A DNA stretch of 64,000 nt from an uncultured Veillonellaceae bacterium (GCA_963805085.1 CAWDTA010000005.1:736001-800000); one strand, 5' to 3'; positions 41,030 through 52,017 are shown, numbered from the stretch's first letter. The notes: generated by a model from the letters alone, not told the origin. Numbers and translations are program-made.

Positions 41030-41719
41030 ATGCTGCCAATTAAACAAGGCCAGGCGGCAATTGCACTTGTATGTATTGTGTTAGGTTTTATGCTTGCAGT
41101 GCAATTTCGGACAACACAGGATATTAAATCAACAGTACCTTTTCAAAGAATCGAAGATATATCACAACGATTAGCGCAGACAGAAAAAGAACGAGATTCA
41201 TTATTGGAAGAGGTGCAATCTCTTAGAAAAAGTTCCAATAAAGAGGTATTATCTAAAGAAATCGAAAATGTAAAAATGGGTGCAGGAGTTACTCCTCTTA
41301 AGGGGCCAGGGATTGTTGTTACGATTGATGATAGTAAGAGACAATCAAAAACTGGGGAAAATCCAAATTTATATTTGATTCATGATGATGATATTTTAAA
41401 AGTAATCAATGAACTTTGGGCGGCTAGCGCAGAAGCAGTTTCGATCAATGAGCAGCGTTTAATTGCAAGTTCAGAAATTCGGTGTGCTGGGCCTACCTTA
41501 TCAGTAAATAATACTAGGTATTCACCACCATATGAAATAACAGCAATTGGTGATCCTAAAAATTTGGAAAATGCATTAAAGATGCGTGGCGGGGTAGTTG
41601 AAACATTACAATTTTGGGGGATTCAAGTAAGTATCAAAAAATTAGATGAAGTAAATGTACCTGGATATAAAGGCACATTTCGATTTGAATATGCGCATCC
41701 TGTGAAGGAGGGCGAATAA
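41030..41719 (+). CDS. DUF881 family protein (YlxX/YlxW-like)
   Basis: GPGIVVTIDD, VINELWAASAEAVSINEQR, PYEITAIGD. Confidence 0.92.
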   Translation: MLPIKQGQAAIALVCIVLGFMLAVQFRTTQDIKSTVPFQRIEDISQRLAQTEKERDSLLEEVQSLRKSSNKEVLSKEIENVKMGAGVTPLKGPGIVVTIDDSKRQSKTGENPNLYLIHDDDILKVINELWAASAEAVSINEQRLIASSEIRCAGPTLSVNNTRYSPPYEITAIGDPKNLENALKMRGGVVETLQFWGIQVSIKKLDEVNVPGYKGTFRFEYAHPVKEGE

Positions 41720-41721
41720 GT

Positions 41722-42051
41722 ATGTTATTACCTATTGTAGGTCTTATTGTAGGTCTGATTATTGGTAGTTTATGTCCAATCAGTATTCCACAAGAATATG
41801 CAAAATTATTCTCGGTTGCGTTATTAGCTGCACTCGATACCGTATTTGGTGGGCTTAGAGCGAATGCTGAAGAAAAATTTGATAATACTGTTTTCATTAC
41901 AGGTTTTTTTACGAATGCATTACTTGCAGCGGTACTTGTATACATTGGCGATCGATTAGGCATTGATTTATATTATGTAGCGATGCTTGCCTTTGGTCTT
42001 CGTATCTTCCAAAACTTAGCGATCATTAGACGTTATTTCTTAAAAAAATAA
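41722..42051 (+). CDS. sbp: Small basic protein Sbp (DUF1290)
   Basis: SVALLAALDTVFGG, FITGFFTNALLA, RIFQNLAIIRR. Confidence 0.92.
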   Translation: MLLPIVGLIVGLIIGSLCPISIPQEYAKLFSVALLAALDTVFGGLRANAEEKFDNTVFITGFFTNALLAAVLVYIGDRLGIDLYYVAMLAFGLRIFQNLAIIRRYFLKK

Positions 42052-42059
42052 ATTTTTGT

Positions 42060-42095
42060 AAAACTCAGATAGAGAAAATACTTTATCTGAGTTTT
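42060..42095 (+). terminator. Terminator after sbp
   Basis: AAAACTCAGATAGAG-AAAATA-CTTTATCTGAGTTTT. Confidence 0.78.
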
Positions 42096-42225
42096 GCTAA
42101 ATTCTTGATAGGAAATTTATTTTTTTTATAAAAATTTTTATAAAAGTTTTTATAAAAAAAGGAAATTTACAAAATTTATTGAAATCTTTATTGTACAGCG
42201 TATGTATAATTTTTGTGAGGTTATT

Positions 42226-43425
42226 ATGGATACACAACGAGTTTTAGTGGTTGATGTCGGTACCTTTCAAATAAAAGTGTATTGGGCTGACGTAAGAAAA
42301 GGACAAATTAATATTGATAGTGAAGGGATAGTTCCTTCCGTAGGCTTCAAAAAAAGTGAAATTCAAGATGTTAAGGCACTAGGGAATGCAATCAGTCAAG
42401 CAATTAGTTGTACAAATGTAGCGGAAAATGGTAAAATAGATAGTGTTATTGTCGGAATTAGTGGTATGCAAATAACGTCACATTTTGCCTTGGGAAGTGT
42501 TACTTTACCAAGTAGTCATGTTTGCAAAAAAGACGTTGAGCATGTGAATAATTCGGCAGCTTTCATGGTAACGTCGGAGGATGTAAAAGTATTACATATT
42601 ATTCCGAAAAATTATCGCTTGGATGGCTGTATTTGCGCTAACATTCCTTTGGGAAAAAGTGGAACAATATTAGAATGTGAATGTTCACTAATTACGGTAT
42701 CAAAAACGATATTGGCTCAGCTAGTGGAAGCATTGAACATTGCGAAAATAAAAGTCGATTATTTTGTTGCGAGTATTTTTAGTATTCATGAAATGATATC
42801 GCAATATTTAGATCAAAAATCATATTTGCTTGTCGATATTGGTGCTGGCAATACGGATGTTATCCTATATGAAGACAATCAGTTCGTTAAGTTGTATTCG
42901 TTGCCAATCGGTGGCGAATATATCTCTCATGACATTATGAAGGGGATTGATCTTGATTTTCAACATGCTGAAAAATTAAAACGTTATTTTAGTAAGTTAG
43001 ATGCCAATTTAAAAGGGAAAAATATAATTTTAGACTGTAGTGATGAAAATATTGAAGATAAGAATGTACAATATGACTTCTTATATGATATTATTGACAG
43101 CAGGGTCAATGAAATAATCGATATTGTTTATGACACAGTAAGTTTAGAACTCATTGATCGTGATATTCATAATATTTACTTTACAGGTGGCTGCTCCTTA
43201 CTTTATAATTTTAGTCATAGTTTACAACGCAAGTTTGCTATGAATGTCAATCCGCTTGTAATAGAAGAGTTAGCTCCTGAATATTTAGATCCGAAAGATA
43301 TTACAGGATATGGTTTGCTTTATTATGCAGGAAAAAACTTGATAGGCGAAGAAGTTATAGAATTAGACGAAAAAACAGCATATCAATCAATTTTTAGTAA
43401 ATTAAAGAAAATATTGAAGTTATAA
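42226..43425 (+). CDS. ftsA: Cell division protein FtsA (divergent)
   Basis: Actin-fold motifs VDVGT, VDIGAGNT, IGGEYISHDI, AEKLK, FTGG; immediately upstream of ftsZ. Confidence 0.87.
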   Translation: MDTQRVLVVDVGTFQIKVYWADVRKGQINIDSEGIVPSVGFKKSEIQDVKALGNAISQAISCTNVAENGKIDSVIVGISGMQITSHFALGSVTLPSSHVCKKDVEHVNNSAAFMVTSEDVKVLHIIPKNYRLDGCICANIPLGKSGTILECECSLITVSKTILAQLVEALNIAKIKVDYFVASIFSIHEMISQYLDQKSYLLVDIGAGNTDVILYEDNQFVKLYSLPIGGEYISHDIMKGIDLDFQHAEKLKRYFSKLDANLKGKNIILDCSDENIEDKNVQYDFLYDIIDSRVNEIIDIVYDTVSLELIDRDIHNIYFTGGCSLLYNFSHSLQRKFAMNVNPLVIEELAPEYLDPKDITGYGLLYYAGKNLIGEEVIELDEKTAYQSIFSKLKKILKL

Positions 43426-43452
43426 TATTTGATTTTGTGGGGGGAACATAGA

Positions 43453-44535
43453 GTGCTTGAATTAGACATGGATCTTGACCAATTTGCAAAAATAAAAGTT
43501 ATCGGTGTCGGTGGCGGTGGTAATAATGCCGTAAATAGAATGATTTCTTCTGGTTTACAAGGTGTTGAATTTATCTCTGTAAATACGGATGCACAAGCTT
43601 TAATTCATGCTATGGCGCCAAAACGTATTCAAATTGGTGAAAAGTTAACAAGAGGTCTGGGAGCTGGTGCTAGACCTGAAATTGGCGAACAAGCAGCCCA
43701 AGAAAGTCGTGAAGAGATTCTAGAAGCATTAAAAGGTGCTGATATGGTATTTGTCACTGCTGGAATGGGTGGCGGAACTGGTACTGGAGCGGCTCCAGTG
43801 GTTGCTGAATGTGCAAGAGAAATTGGTGCATTAACAGTTGGAGTTGTAACGAGACCATTCTCATTTGAAGGACGCAAGCGGCAAAAACAAGCAGCAGATG
43901 GTACTGCAAGGTTAAAAGAAAAAGTAGATACATTAATTACGATTCCGAATGATCGTTTATTACAAGTTGTTGATAAGAAGACCTCTATGATGGATGCATT
44001 TCGCATTGCAGACGATGTACTTCGACAAGGGGTACAAGGTATTTCAGATTTAATTGCAGTACCTGGTCTTATTAACCTAGATTTTGCCGATGTAAAATCA
44101 ATTATGAGTGATACGGGCTCGGCTCTTATGGGAATTGGTATTGGTACTGGAGATAATGCTGCAGTCGCTGCAGCAGAAGCAGCAATCAATAGCCCACTTC
44201 TGGAAACCTCTATTCAAGGTGCAAGAGGCGTTCTTCTTAATATTACAGGTGGATCTAATTTAAGCTTATTTGAAGTGAATGAAGCATCACAAATTATCGC
44301 TGAGGCTGCGGATGAAGAAGCGAATATTATCTTTGGCTCGGTTATTGATGAAAGTTTAAATGATGAAGTTCACGTTACGGTTATTGCTACTGGTTTTGAT
44401 GATCGTCCAGCAAAAAATGCTGCGGCAACTGAAACTGCTATACCTGCTGTGCCAGCCGCAGAAGAACCTACGAAACTCGGTGTGTTTAAAATGCCAGATT
44501 TAGATATTCCAACTTGGATGCGTAAAAATAACTAA
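43453..44535 (+). CDS. ftsZ: Cell division protein FtsZ
   Basis: GGGTGTG tubulin motif, NLDFADV, C-terminal LDIPTWMR. Confidence 0.99.
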   Translation: MLELDMDLDQFAKIKVIGVGGGGNNAVNRMISSGLQGVEFISVNTDAQALIHAMAPKRIQIGEKLTRGLGAGARPEIGEQAAQESREEILEALKGADMVFVTAGMGGGTGTGAAPVVAECAREIGALTVGVVTRPFSFEGRKRQKQAADGTARLKEKVDTLITIPNDRLLQVVDKKTSMMDAFRIADDVLRQGVQGISDLIAVPGLINLDFADVKSIMSDTGSALMGIGIGTGDNAAVAAAEAAINSPLLETSIQGARGVLLNITGGSNLSLFEVNEASQIIAEAADEEANIIFGSVIDESLNDEVHVTVIATGFDDRPAKNAAATETAIPAVPAAEEPTKLGVFKMPDLDIPTWMRKNN

Positions 44536-44538
44536 GTA

Positions 44539-44582
44539 ATAAAGCTGACCGTTTATTATTTTATGAACGGTCAGCTTTATTT
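44539..44582 (+). terminator. Terminator after ftsZ
   Basis: ATAAAGCTGACCGTT ... AACGGTCAGCTTTAT 15-bp stem. Confidence 0.85.
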
Positions 44583-44791
44583 AAATATATTGTTAAAAAA
44601 CTGAATTATGCTTATAATAACAATAAATAGTTTTATTTAATTTATTGGGTCCTAGTTTCCGTAGCTGTGATTCTATGATGACGAAATTAAGGCGATGGCT
44701 TATTATTTTTAATGATTATGATAATTTATGTTGCATAGTTGCCGAATTAAAGGTATAGTAAGATTTGTTATTTTATTCTGGAGGCATAGTT

Positions 44792-45835
44792 ATGCGTCGT
44801 TATACACCTTTGTTTTTGATTAGTTTTATTTTATTGGTACTTGTTTTAGCAGGAAATATTTATTTAGCGGGATACGCTGATAATAAAACCAGTAATAATC
44901 AAAAAAGTATTACTGTATATACCACTCTGCCTGTGGAGCATATTGCAATTTTGGCAGAAGCTTATGAAAACACACACAATGTTAAACTTAACTTTGTACC
45001 AGTGACTGAGAAAGAGTTAATAGAAAAAGTCACTGCTGATGCAAACAATCCGATAAATTCTGCAGATGCAATTTTAACAAATAAAGAATTACTTGTGCAA
45101 ATTGCACAAACGAAGGTTCTTTCCAATTATTCGTCAGAGTACACTGATATTGTTTCAAAACAGTTTAAAGATGAACATGGGGCTTGGGTTGGCGTTTGGT
45201 ATGATCCAATTGTTCTTTGTGCTAACAAAGATTATTTGAAAACATTACCAAAGCTTCCGACAAGTTGGAATGAAATTGCAAAGATGAATGGTGTTCGAAT
45301 TGGGATTACAGATTTTTTAGCCGCTGATGCATCGGCTAACTTGTTGTATACATTAGTAGCCGAATATGATGAAGAAAGAGCCTTTGCATTGTTAGGGCAA
45401 TTGCAGCCCAAAATTGTGCAATATGCGAAATTTTTAGCAACACCAGTACGTATGGCAGGTATGGGGGAAGTTGATATTGCAGTTGCAGTACAAAGTGAAA
45501 CGATTCGTTATATCAACGATAGTTTTCCGATTAGTATTATCTATCCTTCAGAAGGCACTTCGTATATGTTAACAGGGGTAGGCATACTAAAGGCAACAAA
45601 AAATAGAATTGAAGTAGAGCAATTTGTAAATTGGTTAGTTCAAGATGATGTACAACTTTGTTTACAGAAAAATAAATTTTTCTTTGTACCAACAAATCAA
45701 GAAACAATTGCTTATAAAGTTTTTACTGGTAAAAACTTAAAACTTTTTGAAAATTATTCTGATTTAAATGCAGAGCAAAAGCATGCTGTCCTTGATAGAT
45801 GGGTAAAAAATGTTCGGTTAAAAGAGAAAAATTAA
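44792..45835 (+). CDS. ABC transporter substrate-binding protein (AfuA/FbpA-like), orphan
   Basis: N-terminal hydrophobic segment; ITVYT, LPTSW, YPSEGT and EQFVNWL patterns of the SBP_bac family; no permease gene adjacent. Confidence 0.8.
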   Translation: MRRYTPLFLISFILLVLVLAGNIYLAGYADNKTSNNQKSITVYTTLPVEHIAILAEAYENTHNVKLNFVPVTEKELIEKVTADANNPINSADAILTNKELLVQIAQTKVLSNYSSEYTDIVSKQFKDEHGAWVGVWYDPIVLCANKDYLKTLPKLPTSWNEIAKMNGVRIGITDFLAADASANLLYTLVAEYDEERAFALLGQLQPKIVQYAKFLATPVRMAGMGEVDIAVAVQSETIRYINDSFPISIIYPSEGTSYMLTGVGILKATKNRIEVEQFVNWLVQDDVQLCLQKNKFFFVPTNQETIAYKVFTGKNLKLFENYSDLNAEQKHAVLDRWVKNVRLKEKN

Positions 45836-45850
45836 GTATGGAGGTAAACA

Positions 45851-47182
45851 ATGCTAAAAGCAGGTTTTATTAGTTTAGGTTGTGCAAAAAATTTAGTTGA
45901 TACAGAAGTTATGTTAGGCGCTTTAACAGATCATAAAATTGAACTTACATCAAATCCAAGTGAAGCGGATATCCTAATCGTAAACACTTGCAGTTTTATT
46001 AAATCTGCTAAAGAAGAATCCATTACTACAGTGCTGAATATGGCAGAATATAAAGAAGGTAAATGTCGTTCGCTGATTATTGCAGGGTGTCTTGGTGAAC
46101 GTTATAAGCAAGAACTGCTTGATGAAATTCCTGAAGTAGATGCGATTGTTGGGACGGGCGCTTGGCATCGGATTGTAGAAGCCGTAGAGGAAACTCTTAA
46201 AGGCAATCGCGTTGTGATTGATGGACCAATTGATACGCTTTATGATGACAAGATGACACGGATCACGACGACACCAGACTATAGTGCTTATATCAAAGTG
46301 GCAGAAGGCTGTAACAATCGTTGTTCATATTGTGTTATTCCAATGGTGCGTGGCAATTATCGTAGTAGAACCATTGAGTCTATTGTCGCAGAAGCGATTC
46401 GCTTAACCAACAATGGAGTTAAAGAAATCAATTTGATTGCACAGGACACGACCAATTACGGTAGTGATTTATATGGTAAAAGTAGACTTACTGATTTATT
46501 AAAAGAATTGGTTAAAATTGATAAATTAAAGTGGATTCGCATTTTATATTGTTATCCTAAATACTTTACCGATGAATTGATTGATCTTATGGCAAGTGAA
46601 TCTAAAATTTGCAAATATGTTGATTTACCTTTGCAACATGCCAACAATGATGTTTTAAAATCAATGGCACGTCGTGATACAAGGGAAAGTGTGATCGAAC
46701 TTCTTGTAAGAATTAGAAACAGAATTCCAAATGTAACAATACGTACTTCTTTTATTGTAGGTTTTCCAGGCGAAACTGATGAACAATATCAATCGCTTCG
46801 TGAATTTGTAAAAGAGCAACGTTTTGATAAAGTTGGTGTATTTACATATTCACATGAAGAGGATACACCAGCTTATGATATGTCAAATCAGATCTCTGAC
46901 GAGGTTAAGCAAGAGCGCTACCACGACTTGATGTCATTGCAGTGTCAAATCTCAGAAGAGTTAAATCAAGCTGTAGAAGGTAGGACCTTGGAAGTGTTGA
47001 TTGAAGGTCGCGATACAGATCAAGAGCAGGTTGCTTATGGCCGTTCTTATCGTGAAGCACCAGAAGTCGATGGACAGGTGTATGTTGAAAATGATTCAGA
47101 CAGTAAAGCTGGCGATCTAGTGAAAGTTAAGATTATGCAAGGTTTTACTTATGATATATTAGGCGAAAAAATAACTGAATAA
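45851..47182 (+). CDS. rimO: Ribosomal protein S12 methylthiotransferase RimO
   Basis: SLGCAKNLVD, radical SAM CNNRCSYC, APEVDG TRAM domain. Confidence 0.96.
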   Translation: MLKAGFISLGCAKNLVDTEVMLGALTDHKIELTSNPSEADILIVNTCSFIKSAKEESITTVLNMAEYKEGKCRSLIIAGCLGERYKQELLDEIPEVDAIVGTGAWHRIVEAVEETLKGNRVVIDGPIDTLYDDKMTRITTTPDYSAYIKVAEGCNNRCSYCVIPMVRGNYRSRTIESIVAEAIRLTNNGVKEINLIAQDTTNYGSDLYGKSRLTDLLKELVKIDKLKWIRILYCYPKYFTDELIDLMASESKICKYVDLPLQHANNDVLKSMARRDTRESVIELLVRIRNRIPNVTIRTSFIVGFPGETDEQYQSLREFVKEQRFDKVGVFTYSHEEDTPAYDMSNQISDEVKQERYHDLMSLQCQISEELNQAVEGRTLEVLIEGRDTDQEQVAYGRSYREAPEVDGQVYVENDSDSKAGDLVKVKIMQGFTYDILGEKITE

Positions 47183-47357
47183 TAAGCTGAATGGTAAAAT
47201 TTTTCAATTAGACGTGTGATTCAATGTAGAATTAAGTGGACGAATATAGGAAAATAGTGGGGTAGAGAACCTGCTATTTTTTGTTTACCGAGCTAAATTT
47301 AATTAATGCATTTTGTGCGACGATAGGGCTTATGAAAAGTAGAGAGGAGAAAGAAAA

Positions 47358-48599
47358 ATGATTGTTGAAATTGTAACAACTGGGACAGAACTATTACTGG
47401 GACAGATCGTAAATACCAATTCTGCATACCTAGCAGAAGAGTTAAATAAATTGGGTTTGGATGTGTTATATCAAACAACGATTGGTGACAATCGTCAGCG
47501 AATGACAGAGGTGTTAAAGCTTGCATTAAGTCGTGCTGATATTGTGATCACTTCTGGAGGTCTTGGACCAACGCAAGGTGATATTACAAAATTGGTTACA
47601 GCTAGTCTATTTGATCTTGAAATGAAGTTACATCAACCAAGCTTAGATAATATCAAACAAAGATTTACTTTCCGTGGAATTGAAATGACGGATAATAATA
47701 TTCGTCAAGCGATGATTCCAGAAGGTGCGATTGTATTAGATAATGCTTGTGGAACTGCACCGGGGATTGTGCTAGAGCATGAAGGTAAGGTAATTATTAA
47801 TTTACCAGGGCCGCCACATGAATTAAAAGATATGTTTAGGTTAAAAATAATACCGTATTTATCTAAAAAATATGGCTGCGAAAGTGTCATCATGTCAAGG
47901 GTTTTAAATACGTTTGGCATTGGCGAATCGTTATTAGAAGACAAAATCAAGGATTTGATTTTAAATCAAGAGAATCCAACTTTAGCGCTTCTTGCAAGAC
48001 TAGGCGAAGTCATTATTCGCATTACTGCAAAAGCAGATACAAAGGAAGAAGCTGCTTTACTTATCAGTAAAGTCGAAACTGAAATACAAAGTCGCGTAGG
48101 TGAATTTATTTTTACCATCGACGATGGCGATATGGAAGAAGTTGTTGGACAGTTACTTACAGATAAGAAATTAACGATTGCGTGTGCCGAATCTTGTACT
48201 GGTGGGTTGATTACTAGCCGCTTAACTGATGTAGAAGGCAGCTCAAGCTATGTTTATGGATCGGTAGTATCTTATACAGATGAAGTGAAAAAAAGTGAAC
48301 TAAACGTACCTGAGGACGTTTTAACGGCAAAAGGTGCGGTTAGTGAAGAAGTTGCAATTGCGATGGCAGAAGGTATTGCAAGGAAGTTTCATACGGATAT
48401 TGGCGTAGGTGTTACTGGTATTGCGGGCCCAGGAGGCGGAAGTGAAGAAAAACCAGTAGGCTTAGTTTATATTGCAATTACAGGAAAGCTTGGAACTAAA
48501 GTATATAAAAATAATTTTAATGGTAAACGTAAATATATCAAGTATCGTACATCGCAAACGGCGTTAGATATTGTAAGACGTTATACACAAGAAATTTAA
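47358..48599 (+). CDS. cinA: Competence/damage-inducible protein CinA (NMN deamidase domain)
   Basis: GTELLLGQIVNTN, GGLGPT, AESCTGG, GIAGPGGG. Confidence 0.96.
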   Translation: MIVEIVTTGTELLLGQIVNTNSAYLAEELNKLGLDVLYQTTIGDNRQRMTEVLKLALSRADIVITSGGLGPTQGDITKLVTASLFDLEMKLHQPSLDNIKQRFTFRGIEMTDNNIRQAMIPEGAIVLDNACGTAPGIVLEHEGKVIINLPGPPHELKDMFRLKIIPYLSKKYGCESVIMSRVLNTFGIGESLLEDKIKDLILNQENPTLALLARLGEVIIRITAKADTKEEAALLISKVETEIQSRVGEFIFTIDDGDMEEVVGQLLTDKKLTIACAESCTGGLITSRLTDVEGSSSYVYGSVVSYTDEVKKSELNVPEDVLTAKGAVSEEVAIAMAEGIARKFHTDIGVGVTGIAGPGGGSEEKPVGLVYIAITGKLGTKVYKNNFNGKRKYIKYRTSQTALDIVRRYTQEI

Positions 48600-48619
48600 A
48601 TTTTAGGAGGATATATAAT

Positions 48620-50212
48620 TTGAAAAAAGATATAACTACATTTGGTGAAATTGAATTAAGTAAAAAATTATTACAAGCAGTAAGTGATATGGGGTTTGAA
48701 GAACCATCTCCAATTCAAAGTCAAACCATTCCATTGGTATTAGAAGGTCATGACGTAGTAGGTCAAGCACAAACTGGTACTGGTAAAACAGCGGCTTTTG
48801 GTATTCCTACGATTGAAAAAATAGTGGATGGCAGCCGTCATATCCAAGCATTGGTACTTACACCAACACGTGAACTTGCAATTCAAATCGCAGAAGAATT
48901 TAATAAAATCGGTAAATATAAACGTGTTAAAACATTACCAATTTACGGCGGACAATCGATCGACCGTCAAATTCGTTCTTTAAAATTTGGTGTTCAAATC
49001 GTTGTTGGTACACCAGGACGGTTACTTGACCATATTCGTCGTAACACAATCAAATTAGAAAACGTAAAAACATTAATTCTTGATGAAGCAGATGAAATGT
49101 TAGATATGGGCTTTGTTGATGATATCGAAGCTATTTTAGAACAATTATCTAGCGAAGATCGTCAAACATTATTATTTTCAGCGACAATGCCAGGCCCAAT
49201 CGCAAAAATTGCTGGTAAATATATGAACAATCCTAAAACGATAACAATCAGTCGCGAGAATTTGACAGTTCCATTGATTGATCAAGTTTACTATGAAACA
49301 CGTGAGAAGTTAGAAAGCTTATGCCGCGTATTAGATGTGGAAGAAACAGGCAAGATCATTATTTTCTGTCGTACGAAAAAAGGCGTAGATGATCTTGTTG
49401 CATCACTTCAAGCGCGTGGGTATATGTCCGATGGTCTGCATGGCGACTTAAGCCAATCACAACGTGATCGTGTTATGAAAAAATTCCGTGAAGGAAAATT
49501 AGAAATTTTAGTTGCAACTGATGTTGCTGCACGTGGTATTGATATTGATGATATTACACACGTAATCAACTATGATATTCCACAAGATCATGAATCTTAT
49601 GTACACAGAATTGGTCGTACTGGTCGTGCGGGTAAAAAAGGTGTAGCAATGACTTTTATCGATCCACGTGAATATCGTCAATTAAAATTAATTGAACGTT
49701 TAGCAAAAACTAAAATTGTTCGTAAAGCATTACCATCTTTCGCTGACATTTTGGAACGACAACGTGAATTAATCAAAGACCGCTTGTTAAAAACGTTAGC
49801 AAATAATAAATTTGCTGATTACCATACGATTATTTCTGATTTATCAGCAGAGTATGATATTGTAGATGTTGCAGCTGCAGCAGTGAAATTGTCGGTAGAA
49901 GGTTTCAAAGAAAAAGAAGAAGAAGCTACTACAGTAATTTCTTCTAAAATGGAAAATACCGGTGGATCACCAGGTATGGTTCGTTTGTTCATGAACATTG
50001 GTCGCAGCCAAAAAATTCGTCCAGAAGATATTGTACGTGCGTTTGCAGCAGAAGCAGATATCCCTGGTAACATTATCGGTGTTATCAACATCTATGATCG
50101 TTTTACTTTCGTTGAAGTTCCAGAAGATGTAGCGGAACGTGTTTTAGCTGTAATGCATAAAAACACATTGAAAGGATATAAAATCAACATAGAACCAGCA
50201 AAAAGTCGCTAA
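48620..50212 (+). CDS. DEAD-box RNA helicase (CshA/DeaD-like, C-terminal DbpA RNA-binding domain)
   Basis: AQTGTGKT, PTRELA, DEAD, SAT, HRIGRTGR. Confidence 0.96.
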   Translation: MKKDITTFGEIELSKKLLQAVSDMGFEEPSPIQSQTIPLVLEGHDVVGQAQTGTGKTAAFGIPTIEKIVDGSRHIQALVLTPTRELAIQIAEEFNKIGKYKRVKTLPIYGGQSIDRQIRSLKFGVQIVVGTPGRLLDHIRRNTIKLENVKTLILDEADEMLDMGFVDDIEAILEQLSSEDRQTLLFSATMPGPIAKIAGKYMNNPKTITISRENLTVPLIDQVYYETREKLESLCRVLDVEETGKIIIFCRTKKGVDDLVASLQARGYMSDGLHGDLSQSQRDRVMKKFREGKLEILVATDVAARGIDIDDITHVINYDIPQDHESYVHRIGRTGRAGKKGVAMTFIDPREYRQLKLIERLAKTKIVRKALPSFADILERQRELIKDRLLKTLANNKFADYHTIISDLSAEYDIVDVAAAAVKLSVEGFKEKEEEATTVISSKMENTGGSPGMVRLFMNIGRSQKIRPEDIVRAFAAEADIPGNIIGVINIYDRFTFVEVPEDVAERVLAVMHKNTLKGYKINIEPAKSR

Positions 50213-50236
50213 GCGACTGATATAATCCCTAGTATT

Positions 50237-50280
50237 AAAATAGGATTATTACAAATTTATTTTTGTAGTAATCCTATTTT
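50237..50280 (+). terminator. Terminator after the DEAD-box helicase
   Basis: AAAATAGGATTATTACAAA-TTTATT-TTTGTAGTAATCCTATTTT. Confidence 0.78.
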
Positions 50281-50393
50281 GCATAGGGCTACTAAAAGTA
50301 ACAGTGTATTTTTATAAAAGGCTAAATTTGGTCTTTTAATTTTATTTAGAAAGGTTTTGTTATATGATTGTCGAATGCAAACTAAAACAAGTA

Positions 50394-50422
50394 TTGACTT
50401 TACGAACAAATGTTTGTAAAAT
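50394..50422 (+). promoter_or_regulatory. recA sigma-A promoter with a LexA (Cheo) box in the spacer
   Basis: TTGACT-17 nt-TAAAAT; CGAACAAATGTTTG at 50403-50416 matches CGAAC-N4-GTTYG. Confidence 0.88.
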
Positions 50423-50451
50423 GATAAAAGATAATGAAAGGGGCGGATTAT

Positions 50452-51495
50452 ATGGCGATTGATAAAGTAAAAGCTTTAGAAAATGCGATGAAACAAATAG
50501 AAAAAGATTTTGGTAAAGGTTCTATCATGAAATTGGGAGAAGCCTCTGCGAAAATGAATATAGAGGTAATTCCTACAGGAACATTACCGTTAGATATTGC
50601 TTTAGGGGTTGGTGGTTTGCCACGTGGACGTATTGTTGAAATTTACGGACCAGAATCTTCGGGTAAAACAACAATTGCCTTGCATGTGATTGCAGAAGCA
50701 CAAAAATTAGGTGGTATTGCAGCCTTTATAGATGCCGAACATGCCTTAGATCCTATTTATGCAAAAAAACTTGGTGTTGATACAGATAACTTACTTATTT
50801 CACAACCAGATAACGGAGAACAAGCATTAGAAATTGCTGATGCCTTGGTTCGGAGTGGGGCAATTGATGTCGTTGTTATTGACTCTGTTGCGGCGTTAGT
50901 GCCAAAAGCAGAAATCGAGGGTGAAATGGGAGATTCCCATGTTGGTTTGCAGGCACGCTTGATGTCACAAGCGATGCGTAAATTAACTGGTGTCATCAGT
51001 AAATCTCATACTACCGTAGTATTCATTAACCAAATTCGTGAAAAAGTTGGCGTTATGTTTGGTAGTCCTGAAACGACAACCGGCGGTCGGGCGTTAAAAT
51101 TCTATGCTACGATTCGTCTAGATGTTCGTAAAATTGATATATTAAAACAAGGCAATGAAATGGTAGGTAATAGAACCAGAATTAAAGTTGTTAAAAATAA
51201 AATTGCTCCACCATTTAAACAGGCTGAATTTGATATTATGTATGGACAGGGCGTTTCTCATGAAGGGTGTATTGTAGACCTTGGAACAGAAATGGAGATT
51301 ATTGAAAAAAGTGGTGCTTGGTATTCTTATGCTGGCACTCGTTTGGGACAAGGCAGAGAAAATGTAAAAGAATTTTTACGTGACAATAAAAATATAACGG
51401 CTGAAATAGAAGCTAAAATTAGGGCGCAATTAATTGTAACTACACCTGTTGTTGTTGAGGAAAAAGTAAGTGATGCTGAAACAACCGAAGACTAA
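50452..51495 (+). CDS. recA: Recombinase RecA
   Basis: [32 protein letters not shown]. Confidence 0.99.
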   Translation: MAIDKVKALENAMKQIEKDFGKGSIMKLGEASAKMNIEVIPTGTLPLDIALGVGGLPRGRIVEIYGPESSGKTTIALHVIAEAQKLGGIAAFIDAEHALDPIYAKKLGVDTDNLLISQPDNGEQALEIADALVRSGAIDVVVIDSVAALVPKAEIEGEMGDSHVGLQARLMSQAMRKLTGVISKSHTTVVFINQIREKVGVMFGSPETTTGGRALKFYATIRLDVRKIDILKQGNEMVGNRTRIKVVKNKIAPPFKQAEFDIMYGQGVSHEGCIVDLGTEMEIIEKSGAWYSYAGTRLGQGRENVKEFLRDNKNITAEIEAKIRAQLIVTTPVVVEEKVSDAETTED

Positions 51496-51946
51496 AAAAA
51501 CAGCCCTTGTGTCCGCCGTGGATATGTTAGCGATTCGTTCGTACGGGACAGAAGAGTTAAAAATAAAATTACAACGAAAAGGTTATTTAAACGAAGAAAT
51601 AAATGATGCAGTTGAGACCTTAGCAAAGCGTGGCTATCTTGATGATGCCACGCTTTGTAATTCGTTATTTAAAGAGTATTGTCGCGCCGAAAAGTATAGC
51701 TTAAATTATATTTTACAAAAATTAATGCAAAAAGGTTTTTCACGTAGCATAGTGGAACTGTATAAGAATCAGATGGACGATGAGGTTGAACTTGCGATAG
51801 CACAAAAGATACTTTTACAAAAATATAAATCTCCAGAATCCGTTGACGTAAAACTGATGATGAAATATTTATATGGTAAAGGTTTTACCACCGTAGTCAT
51901 TGGAAAAGCTGTTTTACAATATACTAAATTTGAAGAAAATTATTGA
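51473..51946 (+). CDS. recX: Regulatory protein RecX
   Basis: Overlaps the recA 3' end; repeated L..KG[YF] motifs and GYLDD. Confidence 0.85.
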   Translation: MLKQPKTKKTALVSAVDMLAIRSYGTEELKIKLQRKGYLNEEINDAVETLAKRGYLDDATLCNSLFKEYCRAEKYSLNYILQKLMQKGFSRSIVELYKNQMDDEVELAIAQKILLQKYKSPESVDVKLMMKYLYGKGFTTVVIGKAVLQYTKFEENY

Positions 51947-52017
51947 TGGATTGTAATGCTTCAAAATATAAAATCATGTTCTGATTTTATACTTTTCTAA
52001 TATACACACAGCCTAAC

